Assembly: GCA_963785205.1 (NCBI GenBank)
Contig: CAWAUJ010000002.1
Coordinates: 37,436-101,435, forward strand
Direction: 5' to 3'
DNA length: 64,000 nucleotides
DNA from: an uncultured Solirubrobacterales bacterium
GTDB taxonomy: Bacteria; Actinomycetota; Thermoleophilia; Solirubrobacterales; Solirubrobacteraceae
Shown here: piece after piece, positions 41,603 through 53,928 of the stretch
Numbering within the stretch: position 1 is the first letter of the stretch
How the letters are laid out: each line of letters begins with the position of its first letter
Translations under genes and position numbers: made by a program
Notes under the pieces: model-generated
What the model was told of the DNA's origin: nothing
Databases searched by the model: none
What the model saw: only the letters and a program-made list of their open reading frames with translations

Positions 41603-43026
41603 GGCCGCGCCGGCGCGGACAGACGGCCTCGACCCCGGTGCTGATCGGCGCGGTGACGGTGCTCGTGGCGATCATCGCCGTGTTCCTCGCCTACAACGCC
41701 GACAACGGACTGCCGTTCGTACCCCGGTACACGATCTACGTCGATTTCAAGAACGCAGAGGAGCTGACGCACGGCGCCGACGTCCATCTTGGAGGGGATC
41801 TGGTCGGCCATATCGACAATGTCGCCGCGGCGCGCGATGCCGCCGGGCAACCGATGGCGGTGGCCACGTTGGCTCTGAACAAGAGCATCCAACCGCTCCC
41901 GGCCAACTCCAGGTTCGTGGTTCGGCTGAAGGGGGCGATTGGCCTGAAATACCTGCAGGTGCTGCCGGGGAACAGTCGCCGGGGCCTGACCGATGGAGCC
42001 ACGGTGCCGATGTCTCAGACGAGCGCCGAGGTAGACCTCGATCAGGTCTACAGCATGTTCGATAAGCCCACACGGGCGGGCGTAACGGCGTCAACGGCTG
42101 GCTTTGCCTACGGACTCGCGGGGAGGGGCTCAGACCTCAACGCCGCCATCCACGCATTCGTACCGCTGGTCACCGATCTCGGGCCGGTGATGAAGAACCT
42201 CTCGTCCTCAAAAACCGATCTGGCCGGCTTCTTCCACGGCCTGGAGTCGTTCTCGCACGCGGTCGTTCCGGTGGCCCAGCAGCAGGCGACCCTGTACGGG
42301 AACCTGGACACGACCTTCACCGCTTTGGCTGGGGTCGCCATTCCCTACCTTCAGGACTGGATCCAGCAAACCCCCCCGACGTTCGAATCGCTGATCACCC
42401 AGGGTCCGACGATCAGACCCTTCGTGCTCGACACGGCCGCTCTGTTCAGGGAGCTGCGACCGGGCTTCGCCACGCTCCGTGTGAGCGCCCCCGTGGTGAC
42501 CCAGGCCGAACTCGCCGGGATCAAGAACCTGCCCGCGACGGCCGGCCTTGATCGGGAGCTGGCTTCGTTGGCGGTGTACCTGAAGCATTACGGCCAGATT
42601 CCGGCGGTCAAGCAGGGGCTGAGCCGGCTGACCCTTACGGCCAACAGCCTGGCCCGGCCGCTGCGTTTCCTGACACCGGTTCAGGCCACCTGCAACTACG
42701 TGACGCTGTTCCTGCGTAACACGGCCAGCCTGCTCTCGGACACGGTTGACACCGGCACCACGCTGGAATTCACGCTGGTGTCGATCAACGACGTCCTCGG
42801 TGCGGAGTCGGTTCCCTCCCAGAAGCCGTACACCACGCCGAACACGAGCACGACCACGCCGCTTGGGCCGGTCCACGTCGATCCGTATCCCAACACCGCC
42901 TCGCCAGGACAGAAGCAGGAATGTTCGGCCGGAAACGAGCCGTATTCCGGAAAAGCAGCCCTGATCGGAAACCCGCCTGGCAACGTCGGCGCAAAGACCG
43001 AGAAGACCAAGGCGAAGAAGTCATGA
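41599..43026 (+). CDS. MCE-family protein 3 of 6
   Basis: ATGA overlap. TM, then YTIYVDFKNAEELTHGADVHLGGDLVGHI...IGLKYLQVLPG. Confidence 0.85.
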   Translation: MRPRRRGQTASTPVLIGAVTVLVAIIAVFLAYNADNGLPFVPRYTIYVDFKNAEELTHGADVHLGGDLVGHIDNVAAARDAAGQPMAVATLALNKSIQPLPANSRFVVRLKGAIGLKYLQVLPGNSRRGLTDGATVPMSQTSAEVDLDQVYSMFDKPTRAGVTASTAGFAYGLAGRGSDLNAAIHAFVPLVTDLGPVMKNLSSSKTDLAGFFHGLESFSHAVVPVAQQQATLYGNLDTTFTALAGVAIPYLQDWIQQTPPTFESLITQGPTIRPFVLDTAALFRELRPGFATLRVSAPVVTQAELAGIKNLPATAGLDRELASLAVYLKHYGQIPAVKQGLSRLTLTANSLARPLRFLTPVQATCNYVTLFLRNTASLLSDTVDTGTTLEFTLVSINDVLGAESVPSQKPYTTPNTSTTTPLGPVHVDPYPNTASPGQKQECSAGNEPYSGKAALIGNPPGNVGAKTEKTKAKKS

Positions 43027-44479
43027 GGCGTCACAAGCCGCGGGTATCCAACCTCCTGGCCGGCCTGATCGGACTGGTGATCGCGGCGTTCATCACCGTG
43101 GTCGTGTTCGACAAGGGTCTGCCGTTCGTGGGTGGCCAGCCGTTCGTGCTCCGGGCGATGTTCACCTCTGTGACCCAGCTGCACATCCCCTCGGATGTCC
43201 GGATCTCCGGCGTGAAGGTGGGACAGGTGGTCTCGGTCCAGCGGGTCGCCGGTTCATCGTCCTCGTCTCAGGCGGCGGTCGTGACGATGGACATCGACCA
43301 GGACGGACTTCCGATCCACGCCGATGCCACGGTGTCCATCCGCCCGAAGCTCTTCCTCGAGGGCAACTACTACGTCGATCTTCAGCCTGGGACTCCCGGG
43401 GCTCGGGATCTCTCGTCCGGGCAAACCTTGCCGGCGGCCAATACCTCCGGTCCCGTCCAGATTGACCGCGTGCTGGCCGCGCTCACAACTCAGCCTCGTC
43501 GCAATCTTCAGACGCTCCTCCAGGGCATCGGCGGCGCGCTGAACGGACGCCCCACAGCGGCGCAGGACGCCACCCAGGACCCGATCGTCCGCGGGCTCAC
43601 AGGAGGCCAGGCGCTCAACCTGTCATTGAAGTATTCGGCTGACGCGTTCGAGGCCTCGTCGATCGTCAACGAGGCGCTCCTGGGCATCCACCCCCACGAC
43701 CTTTCCGGAGTGGTCAAGGGCAACGAGGAGGTGCTCCGCGGGCTGGCGGCAAGCGGCAGCCAGCTCTCGAGCTTCGTCACCACTTTCAACAACACGCTGC
43801 ACGCCCTGGCTGTCCGTCAGGCGGACCTCAGCCAGACGATCTCCCTGCTGCCGCCGTGGCTGTCCGCCACGGATCGCACGCTCGGGCCACTGAACGCCTC
43901 CTTCCCACCGACCCGGGCCTTCGCTCGCGCGATCCTGCCCGGGATCGAGCAGCTCGGCCCGACGATCAATGCCGGCATCCCGTGGCTGCGGCAGGCGACT
44001 GCTCTGTTCTCTCACCCGGAGCTCGGGGAGCTGGTGTCGCTGCTGGCGCCGGCCGTGCAGAAGACGGCGGCTGCGCTGAGCTCGACCAAGCTGTTCATCA
44101 GGCAGTCTGACGAGCTGGCTCGCTGCTTCAACCACACGTTCGTTCCCACCGGGAACGAGAAGATCAGCGATCCGCCGAACACGACCGGGGTCCGGCTCTA
44201 CCAGGAGTTCTTCCAGAGCGCCGTGGGCCTGGCCGGTGCGACACAGAACTTCGACGGCAACGGGCGGTACATCCGGACACTGGCCGGTGGCGGCAGCCAC
44301 CTGGAGCACACGTCGGCCTCTGCCGATCCAGGGCCCGCTGTGGGGCAACTTCGTCGCCCCAGCCGCTCGGCACGCGCCCCGCCTGGACCGGCAAGGCGCC
44401 GCCCGTGCGCGGGAACGTCCCGTGCTACCGGAACGCTCCGGCCAACCTCAACTCGGCCAAGACAGGAGGCACGCCGTGA
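43023..44479 (+). CDS. MCE-family protein 4 of 6; 3' end out of frame in this sequence (one or two frameshifts at about 44316-44360)
   Basis: ATGA overlap start. FVLRAMFTSVTQLHIPSDVRISGVKVGQV...LEGNYYVDLQPG. A protein-like C-terminus (LPIQGPLWGNFVAP, then QPLGTRPAWTGKAPPVRGNVPCYRNAPANLNSAKTGGTP*) continues in the other two frames and ends in a GTGA overlap with gene 5. Confidence 0.7.
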
Positions 44480-45827
44480 GGCGGGCCATCAGGGTCCATC
44501 GGGGAAATTTCACCGCGATCGTGGCGCTGGTCATCGGCGCTGTGGTGGTCAGCGGCTACATCCTGCTGCACCAGCCCGCGTTCACGCTGCTCAAGAACTA
44601 CTACGTCGTCAAGGTGCCGTTTTCGACGGCCGCCGCGGTGACTGCCGGCCAGGGACAGACCGTCAACATCGCGGGCGTGCCGGTGGGCCAGGTCGGCGGG
44701 GTGGACCTGGAGCACGGCAACGGCCGTCGTGACGATGGACATCTACAAGCAATACGAACCGATCTACCGCAACGCGACCGTCCTGCTCAGGCCCAGGACG
44801 CCGCTGAAGGACATGTACCTCGCCCTCGATCCCGGGACACCGAGCGCGGGCAAGGTCCCGAACAACGGCTCGCTGACCGTCGGGGCGACGATGCCCGACA
44901 TCGACTTCAGCCAGATCCTGAGCTCGCTTGACGCCGATACCCGGAACTACCTGCTCCTGCTCCTTTCCGGCGGCGCCCAGGCCTTCCAGAGCAATCCAGC
45001 TCTCGAGTCGGCAAACCCGACCAACGTGGCCGACCTGAGAGGGATCTTCAAGCGCTTCGCTCCGCTGAACCGGGACACGAAGCTGTTCACGACGCTGCTG
45101 GCCCAGCGCCAGCAGGACATCCGAGAGTCGATCCACAACTTCGGGCAGGTCACCGAGGCCCTCGGGAGCGTGGACCGTCGAGCTGACCTCGCTGATCAAC
45201 TCCTCCAACACAAACTTCAAGGCGATCTCCTCCCAGGACGTCCAGTTGGAGCAGGCCTTGGCCCTGTTCCCGGCCACTCTGCGCCAGTCGATCGTGACCT
45301 TCGGGAAGCTCCGCGGCTTCGCCCAGGCCTCGACCTCCGCCAATGCCCGGCTGCTTCCCTTCGCGCATGAGCTCGCTCCGGCACTGAAGGCGTCGCTGCC
45401 GCTGTTCCGCGACACCACTCCGGTGATCCGCAATCAGCTGCGACCGTTTGCGGTGGCCGTGCAGCCGGTGGCTCGCGTCCTCGAGCCGGCGGCGTCCAAG
45501 CTGGCCAAGGCGACTCCGCCGCTGACCCGCGCCTTCGGGGTGCTGAACACGCTCTTCAACACGCTGGCCTACAAGTCCAAGGGCTCTCAGAGCTATCTCT
45601 TCTGGGGCTCCTGGCTGGCCCACAACGCCGACGAGCTGGCTCGACTCCAGGACGCTCACGGACCGACGCTCCAGGGTGTGTTCATGGGTACCTGCTCCGA
45701 GCTCGAGCTGCTCGAGGTCGGCCTCGTCAGTTCAGATCCGGCGATCGGCTCACTGGTCCAGCTCCTGAACGCGCCCAACTACAAAACGCTTCCCGGCGTC
45801 AAGTTCGGGATCTGCCCGGTCGGATGA
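44476..45827 (+). CDS. MCE-family protein 5 of 6; two apparent +1 frameshifts (about 44719-44722 and 45170-45176)
   Basis: Three consecutive ORF pieces (frames 1, 2, 3) read through as FTAIVALVIGAVVV...NIAGVPVGQVGGVDLEHG / AVVTMDIYKQYEPIYRNATVLLRPRTPLKDMYLALDPG... / TVELTSLINSS...ALFPATL...ICPVG. Confidence 0.7.
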
Positions 45828-47296
45828 ACAAACAAGCCCCCAGCGCCGGTCGCATCCTGACGATGATCGCCTTCGCGGGGTCGTGCATCGGGCTGTTGAT
45901 CTTCCTGTGGATCTCGTTTGGCGGCGCGACGCCATTTGCCGGACAGGGTTACCTGCTCAACGCGGAGTTCCCCTCGGCCGTCGAGCTGGCCACCCAGGCC
46001 GACGTACGAATCTCTGGGGTCAGTGTCGGCAAGGTGATCAGCGTGGGCCTCGACCGCCGGACCCACCTCACGCGCGCGGTGATGGAGATCAACTCGCAAT
46101 ACGCGCCCCGGCCCGCCAACACGCGAGCCATCCTGCGGGCCAAGACGCTGCTGGGGGAGACGTACATCGAGCTGACCCCTGGGTCCCAGCATGGTCGGAA
46201 GCTGATCGACGGCGCGACGCTTCCGGCTAGCCAGATCGACGCCACCGTGCAGCTCGATCAGATCCTGTCGACCTTCGATCCGAAGACCAGGCATGCCTTC
46301 CAGGTCTGGCAGCAGCAGTACGGGATGGCGATCACCAACCGCGGCCAGCAATTCAACGAGGCTCTGGCGGAGCTGACCCCGTTCGCCACCAACGTACAGC
46401 GCGTCCTGGCCGTCCTGAACCACGACAGCGTGGCCACCACCACGCTCCTCAGGGACACCGGCGTCGTGTTCGCGTCCCTCAGTCGAGCACCCGCCCAGCT
46501 CCAGGGGTTCATCCGCAACTCGAATGCGACGTTCGCGGCCACCGCCGCGCGGGACGTCGCGCTGGCCGACACGGTGAAGGCGTTCCCGTCGTTCCTGTCC
46601 CAGACGCGGACGACGATCAACCAGCTCGGAGGCTTCGCGCGGGTTGCCAAGCCGCTGATCGACGAGGTGCGTCCGGCGGCTGTCCAGCTCAGCCCCGCGC
46701 TGAAGGAGCTCGTGACGGTGGCGCCGGAGCTGCGCAACCTGATGGTCTACACCGGGCCGCTGACGCGCGCGGCTCACCGCGGAATCCCCGCCCTGCAGCA
46801 TTTCCTCTCAGCCACCGTGCCGCTGCTCTCGAGGCTGCACTCCTACCTCGGCGGGGTCGTGCCGGTGCTCAACTACATCAACGACTTCCGGCACGAGCTC
46901 GCGGGCTTCTTTGCCAACAGCACGGCCAATACGCAGGCCATCACGACCAACAACGCCGGACAAACCAGGCACAACGTCCGGATCTCCAACCCGGTCAATC
47001 CGGAAGTGCTCACGCCGTACGACGGGCGGCTCTACTCCAACCGAGGCAATCCGTACATGGACCCGCTGGGCTATCTGAAGCTGATGGGCGGTCTGGACGT
47101 ATTTGGCAATTACGTGTGCACGAGCCGGCCCCAGCCCAAGATCGGATCGAGCATCCCGCCCAAGACGGCCAAAGTGCTCAGGAACGTCTACTACACGCCA
47201 AAGCCGGGAGGACCCGCGTGCGTTCCGCAAGCGGCGCTAGGCCGGGTGACCACCGGCCAGAATCAGCTATTCCCGCATTTGACGCAACTTCCGTGA
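45824..47296 (+). CDS. MCE-family protein 6 of 6
   Basis: ATGA overlap. TM, then YLLNAEFPSAVELATQADVRISGVSVGKV...LGETYIELTPG. Confidence 0.85.
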   Translation: MNKQAPSAGRILTMIAFAGSCIGLLIFLWISFGGATPFAGQGYLLNAEFPSAVELATQADVRISGVSVGKVISVGLDRRTHLTRAVMEINSQYAPRPANTRAILRAKTLLGETYIELTPGSQHGRKLIDGATLPASQIDATVQLDQILSTFDPKTRHAFQVWQQQYGMAITNRGQQFNEALAELTPFATNVQRVLAVLNHDSVATTTLLRDTGVVFASLSRAPAQLQGFIRNSNATFAATAARDVALADTVKAFPSFLSQTRTTINQLGGFARVAKPLIDEVRPAAVQLSPALKELVTVAPELRNLMVYTGPLTRAAHRGIPALQHFLSATVPLLSRLHSYLGGVVPVLNYINDFRHELAGFFANSTANTQAITTNNAGQTRHNVRISNPVNPEVLTPYDGRLYSNRGNPYMDPLGYLKLMGGLDVFGNYVCTSRPQPKIGSSIPPKTAKVLRNVYYTPKPGGPACVPQAALGRVTTGQNQLFPHLTQLP

Positions 47297-47409
47297 TCGC
47301 CGTGCGTTCTGGGTTCTGGGACGAAATCGTCCACTCACTTGAGCAACCCGCGCCAAGAAGTCTTCAATCGGGTAAGAATTAGCATCGGAAGCCACTAAAG
47401 GAGGAGCAG

Positions 47410-48241
47410 TTGAGACGGATCATCATCATCGGGGCGGCGGCGCTTGTCGTCCTCGGCGGGGCAGCGATTGCGCTTGCCGCCGGCAACTTCAATACCTACA
47501 AGGCCACCGAGACCTTCTCGCCGAACGCGAAGGGAAGCTCGTCCAAGCCCGCGGCGTTCAAGAGCATCACCGAGGATTGGAAGGTCAAGGGCGTCAAAAG
47601 GCCCGCAGGCCCGCTGACCAAGATCGTGGCCAAGAACTACGGGATGAAGACGAACGGCAACGACTTCCCCACCTGCACGGCGGCCAAGATCAACGCGGCC
47701 GGCAATGCCAAGGGCTGGAACAAGGTCTGTCCGAAGGGCTCGCTGATCGGTCAGGGTCCCGTGAACTCGGAGTTCGTCAGCCCGAACCCGCCGTACGGGG
47801 TGGCTGGGCAGTGCAACCCATACCTGTACATCTATAACGGTGGGCCAAAGACGCAGGTGTTCTTCTTCGTCGAGGGCAAGCAGAGCCCGAATCCGACGAA
47901 GTACACGTGCCTGAAGGGCGCGGTCCCGACCGGGTCGGCGCCGGCGTACAACGGCAACATCAGCTACAGCGGCAAGACCTGGGTGTTGACGATCCCGCTG
48001 CCGGCCACTGTGTCGACCAGCGCCGGCGGTACCGGGCTGTACGCCTCACTGCTCCACCTGCACGTGGTGTACAGCAACGCCACCACCAAGAAGGGCGGCA
48101 AGAAGGTCAGCTACGGCGAGTCCATCGCCTGCTCGGGCAGCGAGCCGGCCCTGGTCGTTCACGTTCACCGCCAAGAACTACAACGGTCAGTCACCCGCAA
48201 CGCAGACCACGACGGTCAGCAACAAGCAGAAGTGCAGCTAA
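47410..48241 (+). CDS. secreted Cys-containing hypothetical protein; apparent +1 frameshift near 48148-48151
   Basis: AAAGGAGGA before the TTG start; signal peptide IIIIGAAALVVLGGAAIALAAG. After ...ACSGSEPA the protein-like reading WSFTFTAKNYNGQSPATQTTTVSNKQKCS* continues in the +1 frame. It stops at 48239-48241, just before a terminator hairpin. Confidence 0.55.
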
Positions 48242-48265
48242 CGATCAGTCTGTAGTGGCATCCAA

Positions 48266-48299
48266 AGCCGGGGACCCCGTGCGGGGCCCCCGGCTTTTG
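48266..48299 (+). terminator. rho-independent terminator-like hairpin
   Basis: AGCCGGGGaCCCCgtgcGGGGcCCCCGGCT followed by TTTTG, 25 nt after the corrected stop of the preceding gene. Confidence 0.65.
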
Positions 48300-48419
48300 C
48301 CTTTAAAGGGCGCGGTCGTGACGCTTGTCAGCCGACGTGTGAGGCCGTCGACAAATGCCGCTCGGCGGACTAGGCTGACAGGACCCCGCCCATCCAACCC
48401 ATGAGAAGGAGGTCGGTCG

Positions 48420-48860
48420 ATGCGCATCTCCGTCAAGGGCCGCAACCTGGCCGTGTCAGACGAGCTCCGGGACCACGTCGAAAGGCGCTTCAGCAAGGTG
48501 GCGCGGCAGGTCTCAGAGCTGGCCGAGCTGGAGGTCGAGGTCTTTGAAGAGCGCAATCCGGCCATCGCCGATTCCCAGGTGGCCGAGGCGACGCTGCACC
48601 TCAAACGGGTAACCCTCCGGGCCCGAGACGCTTCGCCGGAGATCGTGCACTCGATCAACCTCGTGGCCGACGAGCTGGCCAAGCAGGTCAAGCGCCACCG
48701 GGAGAAGCGGCGGGGGCGGCGGGAGGCCAGGGCAGCCAGCGCTCAGGTCCCCACCGAGGCCGAGCTGCCCGTGACCGACGACCCGGCCGATCTGGGCGAG
48801 CCGGTGGTGGAGGGAGTGCTCCTGGAGCCGGCTCCCGAGCGGCCGGCCGACGCGGCCTGA
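48420..48860 (+). CDS. hpf: ribosome hibernation promoting factor / RaiA-family protein (short form with charged tail)
   Basis: MRISVKGRNLAVSDELRDHVERRFSKVARQV... matches the S30AE/sigma-54-modulation fold. Conserved position upstream of secA. Confidence 0.85.
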   Translation: MRISVKGRNLAVSDELRDHVERRFSKVARQVSELAELEVEVFEERNPAIADSQVAEATLHLKRVTLRARDASPEIVHSINLVADELAKQVKRHREKRRGRREARAASAQVPTEAELPVTDDPADLGEPVVEGVLLEPAPERPADAA

Positions 48861-48958
48861 GCCGGGCCTGCGGAGCGCTCCAGCCGGGCTCTCCGAGACC
48901 TCAAAAAGGCGCCCCAGCACGGGCCTGAGCGGCCCAGGGCCACTGCTACGCTAGCCCC

Positions 48959-51835
<2,877 letters not shown>

Positions 51836-51882
51836 GGGGTTCGACAGCGTTCGGCCGCGGGGTCCCGTTTTAGACTTTCTGC

Positions 51883-52366
51883 GTGGCTGACCTCCGCGCC
51901 TCAGATCAGGATCGCGAGCGGGCGGCCTGGCAGCTCCGGGAGCACTTCGCCGCGGGGCGCCTGACCCAGGACGAGCTCAACGAGCGCGTGCAGACCGCCT
52001 ACCGGGCCCGGACTCAGGGCGAGCTGGACACGCTCCTCTGGGACCTGCCCATGCTCCCCGCCACTCAGCAGGAGCTGAGGGCCGAGCTCGTCACGCGGCG
52101 CCGGCATCTGCAGCGGCGGCTGATTCAGGAGAGCGGTGGCGGGCTGGCGATCTTCGCGGTGTGCGTGGTCGTGTGGGCGACTCAAGGCCACCACAACGGC
52201 TTCTGGCCGGGATGGGTGGCCCTCGTGTGTCGTCCTGCCTCTACTCCGGAACGGGTGGCGGCTGTACGGCCCCGCGCCTGACCTCGACCGGGTGGAGCGT
52301 GACCTGGAGCGGAAAAGGCGGCAGCACAGCCGCCGGGGCGGCGGCCGTCGCGGGCGGCGCGACTGA
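51883..52366 (+). CDS. DUF1707-domain membrane protein; apparent +1 frameshift near 52226-52229
   Basis: N-terminus LRASDQDRERAAWQLREHFAAGRLTQDELNERVQTAY (DUF1707). The tail VVLPLLRNGWRLYGPAPDLDRVERDLERKRRQHSRRGGGRRGRRD* continues in the next frame. Confidence 0.6.
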
Positions 52367-52370
52367 GCCC

Positions 52371-52769
52371 TCAGCGACCGCCGTAATAGCGAACCCGCTC
52401 GGGCTCGATCACGAACTTGATTCGCTCCTCGCCCGGCTGGCGATAGGGATACTCATCCTGGTCGATGTACTTCTTGGCCAACGCGTTGATGTGTTCATCG
52501 GCGCCGTCGGCTTCATCAGCCTTGCCGCGGATCTCCACGAAGTTGTATGGATTGCCCGCCTCGAACACGAGCACGGTGACCGTGGGATCACGCTTGAGGT
52601 TGCCCGGCCAAACGCGCCCAACAGCACTGTTGACCGCCACATGCCCGTCCTCCTGGCTGATCCAGACGACGGTGTTGTGGATCGAGCCGTCAGGGTTCAG
52701 AGTCGACACGACGCAATAGTTGGGCTGCGAGAGCAGCTCCTGGACTTGGGGATCATTCAAAGTAGCCAT
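52371..52769 (-). CDS. pyridoxamine 5'-phosphate oxidase-family (PPOX class, probably F420-dependent) protein
   Basis: 132 aa. NYCVVSTLNPDGSIHNTVVWI...VAVNSAVGRVWPGNLKRDPTVTV...FVEIRG pattern. Confidence 0.7.
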   Translation of the reverse strand: MATLNDPQVQELLSQPNYCVVSTLNPDGSIHNTVVWISQEDGHVAVNSAVGRVWPGNLKRDPTVTVLVFEAGNPYNFVEIRGKADEADGADEHINALAKKYIDQDEYPYRQPGEERIKFVIEPERVRYYGGR

Positions 52770-52832
52770 GGGTGGCTCCTACCCGGGCCGCGGAGTGCCC
52801 ACCCACTGCTAGGGTTGCCTCCAGTGGCCAGC

Positions 52833-53928
52833 GTGCACTCAGAATCACTTCCCCAACGCCTGTCGGCCATCCGTGAGCAGCTGAAGCTGCTTGCGGATTA
52901 TCTTTGACGTCGCAGCTCTGGCCGAGCGCGTCAGCGCGCTCGAAGAGCAGATGGGGGAGCCGGGGTTCTGGGACGACCAGGAGCGCGCCGCCAAGGTGGG
53001 GGCCGAGCACGCCCGGGCCACTCGCCGGCTCTCGACGTACCGAGACCTCGAGCGTGACGCCGAGGACCTCGAGCCGCTGGCCGAGCTGGCCGAGGAGGAT
53101 CCCGATCTGCTCGGCGAGCTCGAGGACCAGGTGGCGGGGGTCGAGGCACGGCTGGCCGAGCTCGAGGAGCAGCGGCTGTTCTCCGGCAGCTATGACGCCG
53201 GTGACGCGCTGGTGGCGGTGAACGCCGGAGCCGGCGGTACCGATGCTCAGGACTGGGCCGAGATGGTCCTGAGGATGGAGATGCGCTGGGCCGAGAAGCG
53301 CGGTTTCGATGTCGAGCTGCTCGAGGCCTCGCCGGGGGAGGAGGCGGGGATCAAGTCGGCCAGCTTCATCGTCCGGGGCGAGAACGCCTATGGCCTTTAC
53401 ACGAGCGAGAAGGGCGTTCACCGCCTCGTCCGCCTGTCGCCGTTCGACGCCGCCCACCGCCGTCACACGAGCTTTGCCAGCGTCGAGGTCTCACCCGTCG
53501 TCGAGGAGATCCAGGACGTCGAGATCGAGGACGATGACCTTCAGGTCGATACCTACCGGGCCAGCGGGGCCGGGGGTCAGCACGTCAACAAGACAGACTC
53601 GGCGGTCCGCATCACCCATAGGCCGACGGGCATCGTCGTCCAGTGCCAGAACGAGCGCTCGCAGTCCTCCAACAAAGCCGAGGCGATGACGATGCTGCGC
53701 TCCAAGCTGCTCGAGCTCGGAGAGCGCGAGCGGCGCGAGGAGATCGCGCGGGAGAAGGGCGAGGCCCAGGACGTCAACTTCGGCTCGCAGATCCGCTCCT
53801 ACGTCCTGCACCCCTACACGATGGTCAAGGACCACCGCACCGGCTTTGAAATGGGAGACGCCGCCCGCGCGCTGGACGGCGACCTCGACGGCTTTGCCCG
53901 GGCCTACCTGAACCAGGCGGCCCGGTGA
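52833..53928 (+). CDS. prfB: peptide chain release factor 2, expressed by programmed +1 frameshift (join 52833..52904, 52906..53928; alternative start GTG 52824)
   Basis: A short ORF0 ends ...LKLLADYL-TGA at the TAT CTT TGA C site. The +1 frame continues DVAALAERVSALEEQMGEPGFWDDQERA...[23 protein letters not shown] (GGQ). Confidence 0.93.
52899..52908 (+). promoter_or_regulatory. prfB autoregulatory +1 frameshift site (TAT CTT TGA C)
   Basis: Exact CUU UGA C slippery/stop context in frame with ORF0. Only a weak SD-like GCGGA lies upstream. Confidence 0.85.
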
